This document shows, in pieces, positions 19,853 to 29,570 of a DNA stretch of 64,000 bases. Numbering within the stretch: position 1 is the first letter of the stretch; each line of letters starts with the position of its first letter. Position numbers and translations under genes: made by a program. This DNA is from Bacteroidota bacterium (GTDB taxonomy: Bacteria > Bacteroidota > Bacteroidia > J057 > JADKCL01), in contig JADKCL010000004.1 in NCBI GenBank assembly GCA_016718825.1, positions 91,277-155,276 of the forward strand, written 5' to 3'. Below the pieces are notes generated by a model. The model saw nothing but the letters and a program-made list of their open reading frames with translations, ran no database searches and was not told where the DNA came from.

Positions 19853-20479
19853 TTATTCCAAGGCAAGATTGACAAAAATTCCGGTGTCGATGTAGCTGAA
19901 TCCGATCGTTGCATCAGGGCTTCCCATGAAATGGGTCCGGAAATCGAATCCAAATGAAATGAGATTCCCATAGTTGACCATCAACCCGGCACAAGGTCCA
20001 ACGCCGATCATTCCCCCAATGAAGGTTTCTCCGTTCTGGCCTACGGGACTGCTTGACCTTTCTTCGTAAAACGTAAAGTAATAGCCCAAATTGAACCCGA
20101 GGTAGGGATTGAATTTGGCATCCCGGATCAGACCTTGCCTGAAGCCGACCATCAAGGGGATCATCGGCACCTTGCCATAGGAAAATGAGGCTTGTGCACC
20201 AAAGTTGTCTGTGCCATAATGCGGCCCTGGCTTGGGTGTGAAAAAGGTAAACCCTATCCCGTAATAGAAATGTGTACCGCTTTCGGAAAGAATTTGGTCA
20301 AATTCAAATTCTAGCCCTGCCGAGCCGCCATAAGCTTGCCCCTTGCGACCAATAATCGGATTGGTATAACTTACCCTGCCCGTAAGGCCAATTTGTGTCA
20401 AAGCCTCGCTGCAGGCTGCCGTCAATAACAGCAACATCAAAAAATACTTGTTCCAATTATACAGATTGCGCTTGATCAT
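19853..20479 (-). CDS. outer membrane beta-barrel (OmpW/porin-like) protein
   Basis: Signal peptide, alternating beta-strand pattern (NPYLGFNLGYY, FGFDFRTHF); start at 20479 inferred. Confidence 0.7.
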   Translation of the reverse strand: MIKRNLYNWNKYFLMLLLLTAACSEALTQIGLTGRVSYTNPIIGRKGQAYGGSAGLEFEFDQILSESGTHFYYGIGFTFFTPKPGPHYGTDNFGAQASFSYGKVPMIPLMVGFRQGLIRDAKFNPYLGFNLGYYFTFYEERSSSPVGQNGETFIGGMIGVGPCAGLMVNYGNLISFGFDFRTHFMGSPDATIGFSYIDTGIFVNLALE

Positions 20480-20534
20480 GCCGATTCTATAAGTTAATTT
20501 GCCCAATAATACCTTGTGATTCCTTAACTTCCAA

Positions 20535-21155
20535 ATGATGAGCTTCAAAAACGCATGGTTCATTCTGCTGTTTTCCACTGCCGTTGCCGCTTGCAATCTT
20601 GGCGCGCCCGAACCCATTGAAACCTGTTCAGATGGCATCCTGAATCAAACGGAAGAGGGTGTGGACTGCGGCGGCACTTGTACGCCATGCCCGTCTTGCA
20701 CGGACGGCATCCTGAATCAAAATGAGACGGAAATTGATTGTGGGGGTCCTTGTTTGCCCTGTTTGCCGCCACCGCCGTGCACCCCCGATACAAGCTCGTG
20801 GACGATCAACGGATTCACGCAAATGGATTTTACTACATTCTCACATCAACTTGACTTTCAGGGCAATCACGTTTATCGGCTCGGAGGAACGAATGGGTCG
20901 GCCAAGATTACAGTAGCCAGCAACTACAATTTCGCTACAAGCACCATGTTCACCCTGGATCAATCCATCGAAGGGTCCTACTCGCTCGTGATTCGAATAG
21001 AAACGACCTATTCGGCTTACCTGGTCGGGCCAGGCGAAGCCTTTGTGCGTATTGCTGACGGCATGTTGTCGATTATTGTTTGCAACGCAAACACGACCAA
21101 CCAAATGTTCACCACCACTTCTTCAGGGCACGTTTTCTTCCCGGCGGTACATTGA
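20535..21155 (+). CDS. lipoprotein with two Cys-rich C-x-DGILNQ-x-E-x-x-(V/I)DCGG-x-C-x-PC repeats
   Basis: Lipobox VAAC; 72-nt repeat units starting at 20625 and 20697. Confidence 0.8.
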   Translation: MMSFKNAWFILLFSTAVAACNLGAPEPIETCSDGILNQTEEGVDCGGTCTPCPSCTDGILNQNETEIDCGGPCLPCLPPPPCTPDTSSWTINGFTQMDFTTFSHQLDFQGNHVYRLGGTNGSAKITVASNYNFATSTMFTLDQSIEGSYSLVIRIETTYSAYLVGPGEAFVRIADGMLSIIVCNANTTNQMFTTTSSGHVFFPAVH

Positions 21156-21203
21156 TGGATTTTGAGGCAACCCGTTGGTCGAAGCCTTGAAAAATGCAAC
21201 ACG

Positions 21204-21654
21204 TCATTGCCGCTTCCCATCCACGGTATAACTAAACGTATGTGGCACCTGATCCATGTGGATGTAGAGATGGAAACTGTCCAATCCGATGAAATTGCCC
21301 TCATGGATTTGGTAGGGATTCGCCAGAAAATCAGTGTAAAATCTGCCACTGGAATCGACAAAAGGATAGGCAGGTGACCCCGGCGTCCTTGGAACGGCCA
21401 ATTTCAAAGAATCGAATAACATCACGGAATCACTGAACTGATAATAGGTATCGGGCCAGCCGGCTTCGCGGTAGGTACAGGTGACGTCAAACATCCCCGT
21501 GAAGGGCAACCGGGAAATCCAATCCGACAGTATCCGGATTTTCGAGGGTATCTCCACCATCGATGAGCGGGGGTCCAGGATCCAATTCGCGACACGAAAC
21601 AACCGTCAAAACAAGCAACAGCAATGCAATGGGGGTGACAATTCTTCTCTTCAT
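21204..21654 (-). CDS. hypothetical lipoprotein split by a probable 1-nt insertion
   Basis: MKRRIV...VVSC joins the 21204-21602 ORF if one C (plus-strand GGG 21512-14) is removed, giving LDFRLPFTGMF, like the motifs at 16908 and 17361. Confidence 0.6.
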
Positions 21655-21958
21655 TGTACTCATTTCCTCGAATATAACCGATTTACCAACCTTTCGCAAT
21701 TCGGCGCGGTGGTGCCTGGCAAACATTCAGGAATGATCGCCAGAGAATATGGATTCGCTAATGACCTGAAATTCAATCCATTTAGAATTTTCCCCGATTG
21801 CTGCACGAAACCCTCCCCTGAAATTCATGGCAGGAACGAGACATTGTCTTTTTTTCCTGCCAAGGAATCATGACATTGCTTCTGGGTACGGGTAATGCCT
21901 CAAAATGCGCTGAATTTTATTCTCTCTCAAAAGATACTTTAAACACAATATTGGTACT

Positions 21959-24220
21959 ATGAAGAAATTACTACAAAAAATGATCGGCAAGATCGGCAAG
22001 TTGCCTGCGACACAACGATGTCTTGCGGCAGGTTTGTTGTTGCTTGCTGGCGGACAATTGATGGCGCAAACGACCTTCAATTACACAGGCGCGGTCCAAA
22101 CGTATACAGTGCCGGTTGGTTGCACATCGATCACGGTTGATGCTTACGGAGGCGCCGGATTTGGCTTACAAGGTTATGGCGGAAGCGTTCAAGCAACACA
22201 TCCTGTGACACCGGGCGAGGTCTTGAACGTCTACGTGGGCGGAACAGGTTCGGAAACTGCCGGCGGCTTCAACGGCGGAGGCAATCCAGGTTCCAATACC
22301 GGCTATGCCGGTGGTGGTGGTGCATCTGACATTCGCCGTGGAGGCAACACGCTGAATGACAGGATCATTGTTGCCGGTGGCGGTGGCGGATCGGGTAGCA
22401 ACTGCGGTACTTGGACTGCCGAAGGCGGCCATGGTGGTGGTTTGACCGGTGGTTCAGGATGCTTATTCTCCTGTTCGGATTGTCAATACACTGGCTCCGG
22501 AGGCACGCAAGCTGCCGGTGGAATTGCCGGACCTACTTCGCATACCTATTGCACTGGCAATACCAACGGTAGCTTCGGAATCGGTGGCTCCAATACGGTT
22601 CAGGGATACGGCAGCGGCGGTGGAGGCGGCTACTACGGTGGCGGTTCAGGTTGCTTCGAAGGTGCAGGTGGTGGCAGCAGCTATACTTCTCCCCTCGCAA
22701 CGTCCGTTACCCATACCCAAGGCGTGCGCCAAGGTAACGGCATGATTGTCATTACCCCCGTCATTTCTGCTCCTTGCACCTCCCCTTCGAACGTCACGGC
22801 TTCGCCGCCGATGATTTGCTTGGGCAGTACCGCTGACATGAATGCAACTTCTGCCGGAAATACCATCCATTGGTACACTGTTCCTGTGGGCGGCGTTTCC
22901 ATCGGCTCCAGCCTCAGTGGTGCAAATTTTGCAGTGAGTCCGAGCGTGACAACGATCTACTACGCCGAAGCTGTCGGCACGGTCTGCTCCCCTTCTACCA
23001 GGACCGCCGTGACTGTGACCGTAGACAACGTCGCTCCCGTGGCCAACTGCCAAGCGATTACGGTCACCCTCGACGCCAACGGCAATGCCAGCACCACCGC
23101 ATCTGCCGTCAACAATGGCAGCACCGACAACTGCACGATCGCTTCGTCGGCATTGAGCCAGACCAGCTTCACATGCAACAATGCCGGCACCAACTCCGTC
23201 ACGCTGACGGTCACTGACAACAATGGCAACACAGCCACTTGCGCCACAACCATCTTCGTGATGGGCGCCAACCCTACCGCATCGGTCGCTGCTGATACAA
23301 CGGTTTGCGGATTCAACGTTGGCTGCAACGGTGGCTCAGACGGCGTCGCCACGGCAACTGCCGCTGGCGGATGCGGTACGTACACCTATATGTGGAACAA
23401 TGGTGGCAACACGGCCACTGTCACCGGACTTGTGGCAGGCACCTATACGGTTACCGTCACCGACATCGGTGGTGGCAGCACCGTGCAGACGGTTACCGTC
23501 ACCGAACCCTCCGCGCTTCAAGGGAGCTCCACAACCACACAAAGTTGCGCCGGCGATTCGACAGGTTCCATTGACCTGACCTACACAGGTGGCAACAATT
23601 GCCAAGCACTGACTTATGCCTGGAGCAATGGCGCATCCACCGAAGATTTGCAAAATCTAGCTCCCGGTAGCTACACGGTCACCGTGAGCGATGTCGCAGG
23701 ATGCACGAGCACCACCACGGTTGTCGTCGCAGCATTCGCAGTTCAAACACCGACATTTACCCAAAACGGCAACGATTTGACCTGCAACGGCGGATTTACG
23801 GGCTTCCAATGGCTCTTGAACGGGAACAATATCTCGGGCGCGACTTCGAATACCTATTCGGTGACGCAATCGGGAACATACTCCGTGATGGCCGTGGACA
23901 GCAATGGCTGCTCAGCCGTCAGCGACACGCTGTTTGTGACTTTTGTCGGCATCGGCAATGCCATGGGCGAATGGAGCGATCTGAGCATCTATCCCAACCC
24001 TGCCAAGGATCAGTTCAAGCTTCGCACCGCCGCACCGATCGGTTATGCGATCAAAGTGACGGTCACCGACATGTTTGGCCGCAGCATTTTGGTCAAATCC
24101 CTGCCGCAGCTGGGTGATGAAGTCGCATTCGACCTCAAGGCCTTGGCCGCAGGAACTTACATGGTGGAGGTGACTTCCGAGCAAGGCCAACGCAAGACGT
24201 TCAAGCTCGCAGTCCAATAA
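21959..24220 (+). CDS. secreted glycine-rich-domain protein with Ig-like, HYR-like and SprB-like modules and T9SS CTD
   Basis: FNYTGAVQTYTVP...GGGGASDIR...RIIVAGGGGG...GGGGYYGGG...AGGGSSY; DNVAPVANCQ; VGCNGGSDG; IYPNPAKD...GTYMVEV. Confidence 0.85.
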   Translation: MKKLLQKMIGKIGKLPATQRCLAAGLLLLAGGQLMAQTTFNYTGAVQTYTVPVGCTSITVDAYGGAGFGLQGYGGSVQATHPVTPGEVLNVYVGGTGSETAGGFNGGGNPGSNTGYAGGGGASDIRRGGNTLNDRIIVAGGGGGSGSNCGTWTAEGGHGGGLTGGSGCLFSCSDCQYTGSGGTQAAGGIAGPTSHTYCTGNTNGSFGIGGSNTVQGYGSGGGGGYYGGGSGCFEGAGGGSSYTSPLATSVTHTQGVRQGNGMIVITPVISAPCTSPSNVTASPPMICLGSTADMNATSAGNTIHWYTVPVGGVSIGSSLSGANFAVSPSVTTIYYAEAVGTVCSPSTRTAVTVTVDNVAPVANCQAITVTLDANGNASTTASAVNNGSTDNCTIASSALSQTSFTCNNAGTNSVTLTVTDNNGNTATCATTIFVMGANPTASVAADTTVCGFNVGCNGGSDGVATATAAGGCGTYTYMWNNGGNTATVTGLVAGTYTVTVTDIGGGSTVQTVTVTEPSALQGSSTTTQSCAGDSTGSIDLTYTGGNNCQALTYAWSNGASTEDLQNLAPGSYTVTVSDVAGCTSTTTVVVAAFAVQTPTFTQNGNDLTCNGGFTGFQWLLNGNNISGATSNTYSVTQSGTYSVMAVDSNGCSAVSDTLFVTFVGIGNAMGEWSDLSIYPNPAKDQFKLRTAAPIGYAIKVTVTDMFGRSILVKSLPQLGDEVAFDLKALAAGTYMVEVTSEQGQRKTFKLAVQ

Positions 24221-24238
24221 CCAAGTTTGTCTTGATCA

Positions 24239-24285
24239 AAAGCCGCTGGCGAATTCGAAGGAATTTGCCAGCGGCTTTGGTTTTT
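24239..24285 (+). terminator. rho-independent terminator
   Basis: AAAGCCGCTGGCGAATTC-GAAG-GAATTTGCCAGCGGCTTT followed by GGTTTTT. Confidence 0.85.
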
Positions 24286-24329
24286 AGGGTTGCGAAATGG
24301 TTCAGGTAAAATCTTGATTCCTTTTTTCA

Positions 24330-24401
24330 GCCACAAAGACACGAAGGCACAAAGCAACTTGGACTCAGATTCGTGTCTTCGTGCCTTGGTGTCTTCGTGG
24401 C
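24330..24401. repeat. REP-like inverted repeat built from 8-bp units
   Basis: (nCAC[A/G]AAG)x3 at 24331-54 facing (CTT[C/G]GTGn)x3 plus a partial unit at 24370-400, between convergent genes. Confidence 0.75.
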
Positions 24402-24423
24402 CAAATTTCAGTAGAATATCGTA

Positions 24424-26106
24424 TCAGCCCATCTTGGATTCCACCACAGCCAAAATCTCCCGCAGCGTCATTGCCGAATCATTGATCAGCATTGCAACTT
24501 TTTTGCCGAGTTCGGCTTTGAAGTCTTCGTTTTTGAGGCCGCCGAGGTTGATGCGCACGTTGAGGGCTGCGCCTTGGATGCATGTGTGGATGCACAACGC
24601 GCCCACGCCTGCGTCCGTGATCGAAGCTGGATTGCCATTTTCGGCCATTTGCTTGATCAAGGCATAAGCTTCGAATGCCTTTTGCATGACGGAAAAGGGC
24701 ACCTGCGCTGCATATTCGTTGGCGGATTGGATCGCGGCGCTGCGCGCAGCTTTTTCGAGGTCGGTGTCCTTGGGCAGGCGAAAGGCATCCATGACCTTGT
24801 TGAAGGCCGCGGTGTCTTCGTCCACGAGGTAAAGCAACTGATCCTTGATGCCCTGCGCCTTGGTCGCAATCGCGCTGAATTCGGGAATGCGGGCGTCCCA
24901 GCCTTGTTTGGCGGCGCTGAGGTTGGCGACCATTCCACCGAGGGACACGCCCAAGGCGCCGACCAATGCCGCCACAGAGCCGCCGCCCGGCGCGGGCGAA
25001 TCGCTCAAGGTTTCGTTGCAAAACTGCCGCAGGTTCATTTTGACCAACTTGGCCTTGTTTTCGTCGGCGATGCGGTATTCGATGATCTTTTCCTTGGGAT
25101 TGAAGGGGTACAATTCGTCGAGACCCATGGATTTCACAGCGATGCGAATCAATTCCTCCTCGCTCACACCTTCGCTCACGTTTTGCTTTTTCAGGTAATG
25201 GCGTCCTGCATCCAACATGGCATTCAACGGCAAAAGGCCTACGATTTCCGAGCCCGTGACACGCAGCCCGCGGTTGGTGGCGCTCACACAACAGGCGTCA
25301 AATGCTTCGTGCAAGGGCGTCACGCTGATGTTGGTGAGGTTCATGCTCACCTGCGCGATGCCGTATTCCTCGACCATCCATCCGATGGCTTTCACGGATT
25401 TCAGCATTCCCGGCTCGCGGATTTCTTCGCCATTGGCGTCGAGGACTTTTTTGCCCCAAGGTGTGCCGTCTTCTGTTTTGGGCCGGCCATTTTCCCGCAC
25501 ATCAAACGCCACCGAATTTGCGCGCCGCACCGAAGTCGTGTTCAAATTGGCGTTGTAGGCAATGAGGAAATCGCGTACGCCGATGACGGATTGGCCCGCC
25601 TTGGCGTTGAATTCCTGGGGTCCAAAGTCAGGTTTCCACTCCGGCTGATAAATTTTGGTGGCGAAGGCCTCGTATTCGCCGGCACGGATGACCGCCAAAT
25701 TCCTGCGCTCCGGCGTCGAAGCGGCCATTTCGTAGAGGTAAACGGGGATGCCCAATTCCCCTACCCTTTTGCCGAGCTCCTTTGCCCAAACGATGCATTC
25801 GTCAAAGGTGATGCCGGCGATCGGAATCAGCGGCGTGACGTCGGTAGCGCCCATGCGGGGGTGTGCGCCCTTGTGGGTACGCATGTCGATGAGTTCGGCA
25901 GCCTTGGCGATGCCTCGGTACGCCGCCTCGACGACCGCAGCGGGTTCGCCGACAAAGGTCACGACGGTGCGATTGGTCGATGCGCCCATGTCCACGTCGA
26001 GCAGGGAAATGCCCTCGACAGACTCAATGGCGTCGGTGATTTGCTTGATTTTATCCTTGTCGCGGCCCTCTGAAAAGTTGGGTACGCATTCTATGAGTTG
26101 TTTCAT
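24424..26106 (-). CDS. ftcD: glutamate formimidoyltransferase / formimidoyltetrahydrofolate cyclodeaminase (fused)
   Basis: LIECVPNFSEGR, HPRMGATDV, AQVSMNL, SPAPGGGSVAA, NPASITDAGVG. Confidence 0.96.
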   Translation of the reverse strand: MKQLIECVPNFSEGRDKDKIKQITDAIESVEGISLLDVDMGASTNRTVVTFVGEPAAVVEAAYRGIAKAAELIDMRTHKGAHPRMGATDVTPLIPIAGITFDECIVWAKELGKRVGELGIPVYLYEMAASTPERRNLAVIRAGEYEAFATKIYQPEWKPDFGPQEFNAKAGQSVIGVRDFLIAYNANLNTTSVRRANSVAFDVRENGRPKTEDGTPWGKKVLDANGEEIREPGMLKSVKAIGWMVEEYGIAQVSMNLTNISVTPLHEAFDACCVSATNRGLRVTGSEIVGLLPLNAMLDAGRHYLKKQNVSEGVSEEELIRIAVKSMGLDELYPFNPKEKIIEYRIADENKAKLVKMNLRQFCNETLSDSPAPGGGSVAALVGALGVSLGGMVANLSAAKQGWDARIPEFSAIATKAQGIKDQLLYLVDEDTAAFNKVMDAFRLPKDTDLEKAARSAAIQSANEYAAQVPFSVMQKAFEAYALIKQMAENGNPASITDAGVGALCIHTCIQGAALNVRINLGGLKNEDFKAELGKKVAMLINDSAMTLREILAVVESKMG

Positions 26107-26243
26107 TGGAATCTACTTTTGGGTGCCGCGAAGATAACGGGTTTTGGGGGAATGTTGGGTGGCTCCTTTTCACCTGAAAGGAGACTTGAAACGGAACTTT
26201 ATTGCTCCTTTCGAAATGAAAAATCCGATTGAATTGCAGACGA

Positions 26244-26749
26244 CTACCACTCAAGCCTAATATCCATGTCCTTAATTCGCTCCTCAATTGCTTTCTCGTT
26301 GCAAATCAGCTCGGTCAAGCCTGGAATTGTCTCGGAAACACTAAAAAGCAAGGGTTGTCCACTTTCCAGCTTGAGTAAAATGGCTGCATCGTATTCGTAT
26401 CCCCAGTTGTCTTCTTTTTTCCGAAGAATTGATGTTCGAACAACGCTGCTGATAGGGCCAAGCACCACGTCGGAAGCCTCAAGAAAAGCACCTTTAAAAG
26501 GTCCTTCTATTTTACGTCGTATACCCTGCGGTGATTCGTTTTCCTCAAGAAAAAATTGATACCTTTCCTCGCCATCACACCATGAATAGATTGTAAGAAA
26601 ACGTTCGCCGAGAGAAATTGAGAAGGAGCCAGCAGTAAACGATTCATCATAAAGACTGAACCTGATCGAGGGACACCAGATTTGGTAGATACCTACAGCT
26701 TCTGAAGCAAGGGAAAGGTCTTCTCATCAATGAAATTCTGAATGATCAT
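26244..26749 (-). CDS. hypothetical low-GC protein, apparently frameshifted near 26700
   Basis: MIIQNFIDEKTFPLLQKL stops at TAG; an open frame VGIYQIWCPS...IRLEW* continues to 26244. Confidence 0.45.
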
Positions 26750-26794
26750 TTGGATGGGGAGGAATACTTTTCAACGAGATCAATAAAAACCAGC

Positions 26795-27010
26795 TCAACA
26801 TTCACTCAGAAAATCCTTTAGCGATTGCAACTCGCGTCCTTCCTTCTTGGCATCGTCTACTTCCTTGAGTGCGTCTTTTATCCCTTGCAAAACTACCAGC
26901 TTCCGTTTGAATTCCTGGAATTGCTTTTCGAAGAGCAGCCAATCACTCATGGCGATTTGTACTGCAATTTGCTTGCCCGTCGCATCTGTGATATAATTCA
27001 AGTCAAGCAT
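26795..27010 (-). CDS. small antitoxin-like protein (no adjacent toxin)
   Basis: 71 aa, YITDATGKQIAVQI N-terminus and GRELQSLKDFLSE C-terminus, resembling antitoxins that precede RelE/ParE toxins; TATCTTTG promoter upstream. Confidence 0.55.
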   Translation of the reverse strand: MLDLNYITDATGKQIAVQIAMSDWLLFEKQFQEFKRKLVVLQGIKDALKEVDDAKKEGRELQSLKDFLSEC

Positions 27011-27237
27011 GACATTAGATTTCTTCTTTGATCAAAGATAGTCACGACAGGCAAAAAGGACAAACTTGTTTCAGGTGGTCAATTGGCTGCGCATTTTCGG
27101 CTGACTATACTTGCAGGGAATCGACAATAGGCATTCTTTGAAATTCTTAGCTATTAGTTTTGGCATAAACTTGGCCGGATCGCCATTTCTGATCGTATTT
27201 GGCACCAAATCTTAGTTACAATTTCGAGATTTCTCTT

Positions 27238-27245
27238 TAAATTTG
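27238..27245 (+). promoter_or_regulatory. Bacteroidota -7 promoter element for the RhuM-family gene
   Basis: TAAATTTG, 74 nt before the ATG. Confidence 0.55.
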
Positions 27246-27319
27246 CATTCTCGGTCAATGCCAAAACTCGAAAGAGTCTGCCAAGATCGATTGTTAATCC
27301 GAATCACATTGCTCCAACC

Positions 27320-28330
27320 ATGGAAAGCGAAGAACAGAACATCATCATTTACAATACTGCCGACGGCAAGGCTGCAGTTGCTTTGTATGCCCGCGACGGT
27401 AGTGCTTGGATGAGTCAAGCGCAACTCGCAGAACTTTTTGACACCTCTAAGCAAAACATTGGCCAACACATCGCTAATGTACTGGATGATAAAGAGTTAA
27501 ATTCAAATTCAGTTGTAAAGAATTACTTTACAACTGCCTCTGACGGCAAGCAGTACGAAGTCACCTTCTACTCCCTCGACATGATCCTGGCGATCGGATT
27601 CCGGGTTCGAAGCAAACGCGGCACTCAGTTTCGCATCTGGGCCAACAACCACTTGCGGGAATACTTGGTCAAGGGCTTTGTGATGGACGATGAGCGGCTG
27701 AAGAATCCGAATGGCCGTTTTGACTATTTTGATGAGTTGTTGGAGCGCATCCGCGAAATCCGGGCATCGGAAAAGCGGTTTTATCAGAAGGTGCGGGATT
27801 TGTTTGCATTGAGCAGCGACTATGACCAAAGCGATAAGGCGACCCAAATGTTCTTTGCGGAGACCCAAAACAAGCTCCTCTATGCCGTCACAGGACAGAC
27901 AGCGGCCGAAGTCATTGTCTCACGCGCCAACGCGAGCCTCCCCAACATGGGTTTGACCTCTTGGAAAGGCAACGTCGTGCGCAAGCAAGACATCATCGTC
28001 GCCAAAAATTATCTCAATGCCGACGAACTCGATACCCTGAACCGATTGGTCGTGCTCTTCCTTGAAAGCGCCGAGCTCAGGGTGAAAAATCGTCAAGACA
28101 TCACGATGCGCTTCTGGCGGGACAATGTCGATCGGCTTCTAGAATTTCAAGACAAGCAAGTCCTGCAAGGCGTCGGACAAATCAGCCACGGCATGATGGA
28201 GGAGCAAGTACGCGAAGTTTATGCAGCGTTTGATCAGCAGCGCAAGGCCGCCGAAGCAGCTGCCGCGGATTTGTTTGATTTGGAGGAGTTGAAGGAGCTG
28301 GAGGAGGAGGTTGGGAAACGGAATGGGTGA
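27320..28330 (+). CDS. virulence RhuM family DNA-binding protein
   Basis: WMSQAQLAELF, YSLDMILAIGFRVRSKRGTQFRIWA, GFVMDDERLK, IRASEKRFYQKV, PNMGLTSW. Confidence 0.93.
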   Translation: MESEEQNIIIYNTADGKAAVALYARDGSAWMSQAQLAELFDTSKQNIGQHIANVLDDKELNSNSVVKNYFTTASDGKQYEVTFYSLDMILAIGFRVRSKRGTQFRIWANNHLREYLVKGFVMDDERLKNPNGRFDYFDELLERIREIRASEKRFYQKVRDLFALSSDYDQSDKATQMFFAETQNKLLYAVTGQTAAEVIVSRANASLPNMGLTSWKGNVVRKQDIIVAKNYLNADELDTLNRLVVLFLESAELRVKNRQDITMRFWRDNVDRLLEFQDKQVLQGVGQISHGMMEEQVREVYAAFDQQRKAAEAAAADLFDLEELKELEEEVGKRNG

Positions 28331-28430
28331 GTTGGCAACGTCCTTTAACTAACCTGCAACAAACCGATTCCTAAACATTTGCAACCGAGACCACCAATAC
28401 CCTATCTTCGCCGCTCACCAATTCCAGTAG

Positions 28431-29570
28431 ATGCTTCCTTTCATCCAAGACATCATCAGCCGCTTTGGCGGTCGCTACCCGGGCAGCACTGCCGAAAGAG
28501 ACGCCCAAGCCTACACTGCGGAGTATCTGAAAAACTACTGCGACAAGGTGGAGGTTGAGGAGTTTCAGGCGCCTTTGGAATCCCATTTCGGGTCGATGAA
28601 GATCTTTGTGACGGTGTATTTTTTGGTGCTGATCCTGCTGAAAGTCAATGTCTATGCAGCTGGTTTGCTCGGAATTTTGAATACGGTCCTGTTTCTGGGG
28701 CATTTTGTGAGCTACCGGCATTGGCTGGATTTTTTGTGGCGGAAACAGGCGTCTTGGAACGTCATCGGCGACATCGAACCCACGGGTGAAGTGCGGGACA
28801 CGCTGATCATCGCCGGCCATATCGACAGCGTCCGCGAATTTCAGTGGTGGTACCGCTTCAAGCAGCGTGGCATCGAAATGACCCTGTTTGGCGGGTTTGC
28901 GCTGACATTCTTGGGCGTCTATGCGCTGCTGAGCATGGTCATCACAGCAAATTGGTGGAGTTACGGATGGTGGATTTTTGTGGTGATGGCGCCCTTGCAG
29001 CTGATTTGGTACAAATTTTTTGGAGATAGGGTCGTCGATGGCGCGATCGACAACCTCACGGGCGTGGCGCTCTCCGTCGAAATGGCCAAGGTCTTTTCGG
29101 CGCGCAGGCTCAAGCATACACGTTTGCGCGTGATCAGCTTCGGATCCGAGGAGGCGTGTTTGCGCGGGTCACATGCCTACGCACGGGCGCACAAGCAACA
29201 ATTGCTGGACGAAAAGGCATTTCTCTTTAACCTCGATTCGATCAAGGACCCAGAGCACTTGACGATTTGCATCAGCGAAATCAGCACGTTTGTTTACTAC
29301 AAAAAGGAACACATCGCGCTGGTGCAAAAGGCCTTTGACGATGCAGAAGTGCCCGCACTCAAGTTGCCGATCACGGTCGGCGCTTCGGATGGCTCAGCCT
29401 TCCATATGAACGGCTTGCCGGCGATCACGGTGATCGGCCTCAATTCGGGACGCTTGGACCCGACCTACCATACACGCCTCGACGTCGCGGCAAACATCAA
29501 TCCGCAAGCGCTGGAGTCCATGAAAGAGGTGCTGATCCGGTTTGTGGAGAATTGGGATGGGCGGGTTTGA
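28431..29570 (+). CDS. M28 family membrane metallopeptidase
   Basis: AGHIDS, GAIDNLTG, GSEEACLRGS, NLDSI, YHTRLD; TM segments. Confidence 0.88.
   Translation: MLPFIQDIISRFGGRYPGSTAERDAQAYTAEYLKNYCDKVEVEEFQAPLESHFGSMKIFVTVYFLVLILLKVNVYAAGLLGILNTVLFLGHFVSYRHWLDFLWRKQASWNVIGDIEPTGEVRDTLIIAGHIDSVREFQWWYRFKQRGIEMTLFGGFALTFLGVYALLSMVITANWWSYGWWIFVVMAPLQLIWYKFFGDRVVDGAIDNLTGVALSVEMAKVFSARRLKHTRLRVISFGSEEACLRGSHAYARAHKQQLLDEKAFLFNLDSIKDPEHLTICISEISTFVYYKKEHIALVQKAFDDAEVPALKLPITVGASDGSAFHMNGLPAITVIGLNSGRLDPTYHTRLDVAANINPQALESMKEVLIRFVENWDGRV

Noticed and set aside
24574-26073. 499-aa plus-strand ORF
   Set aside because: Antisense shadow of ftcD caused by GC-rich codon bias.
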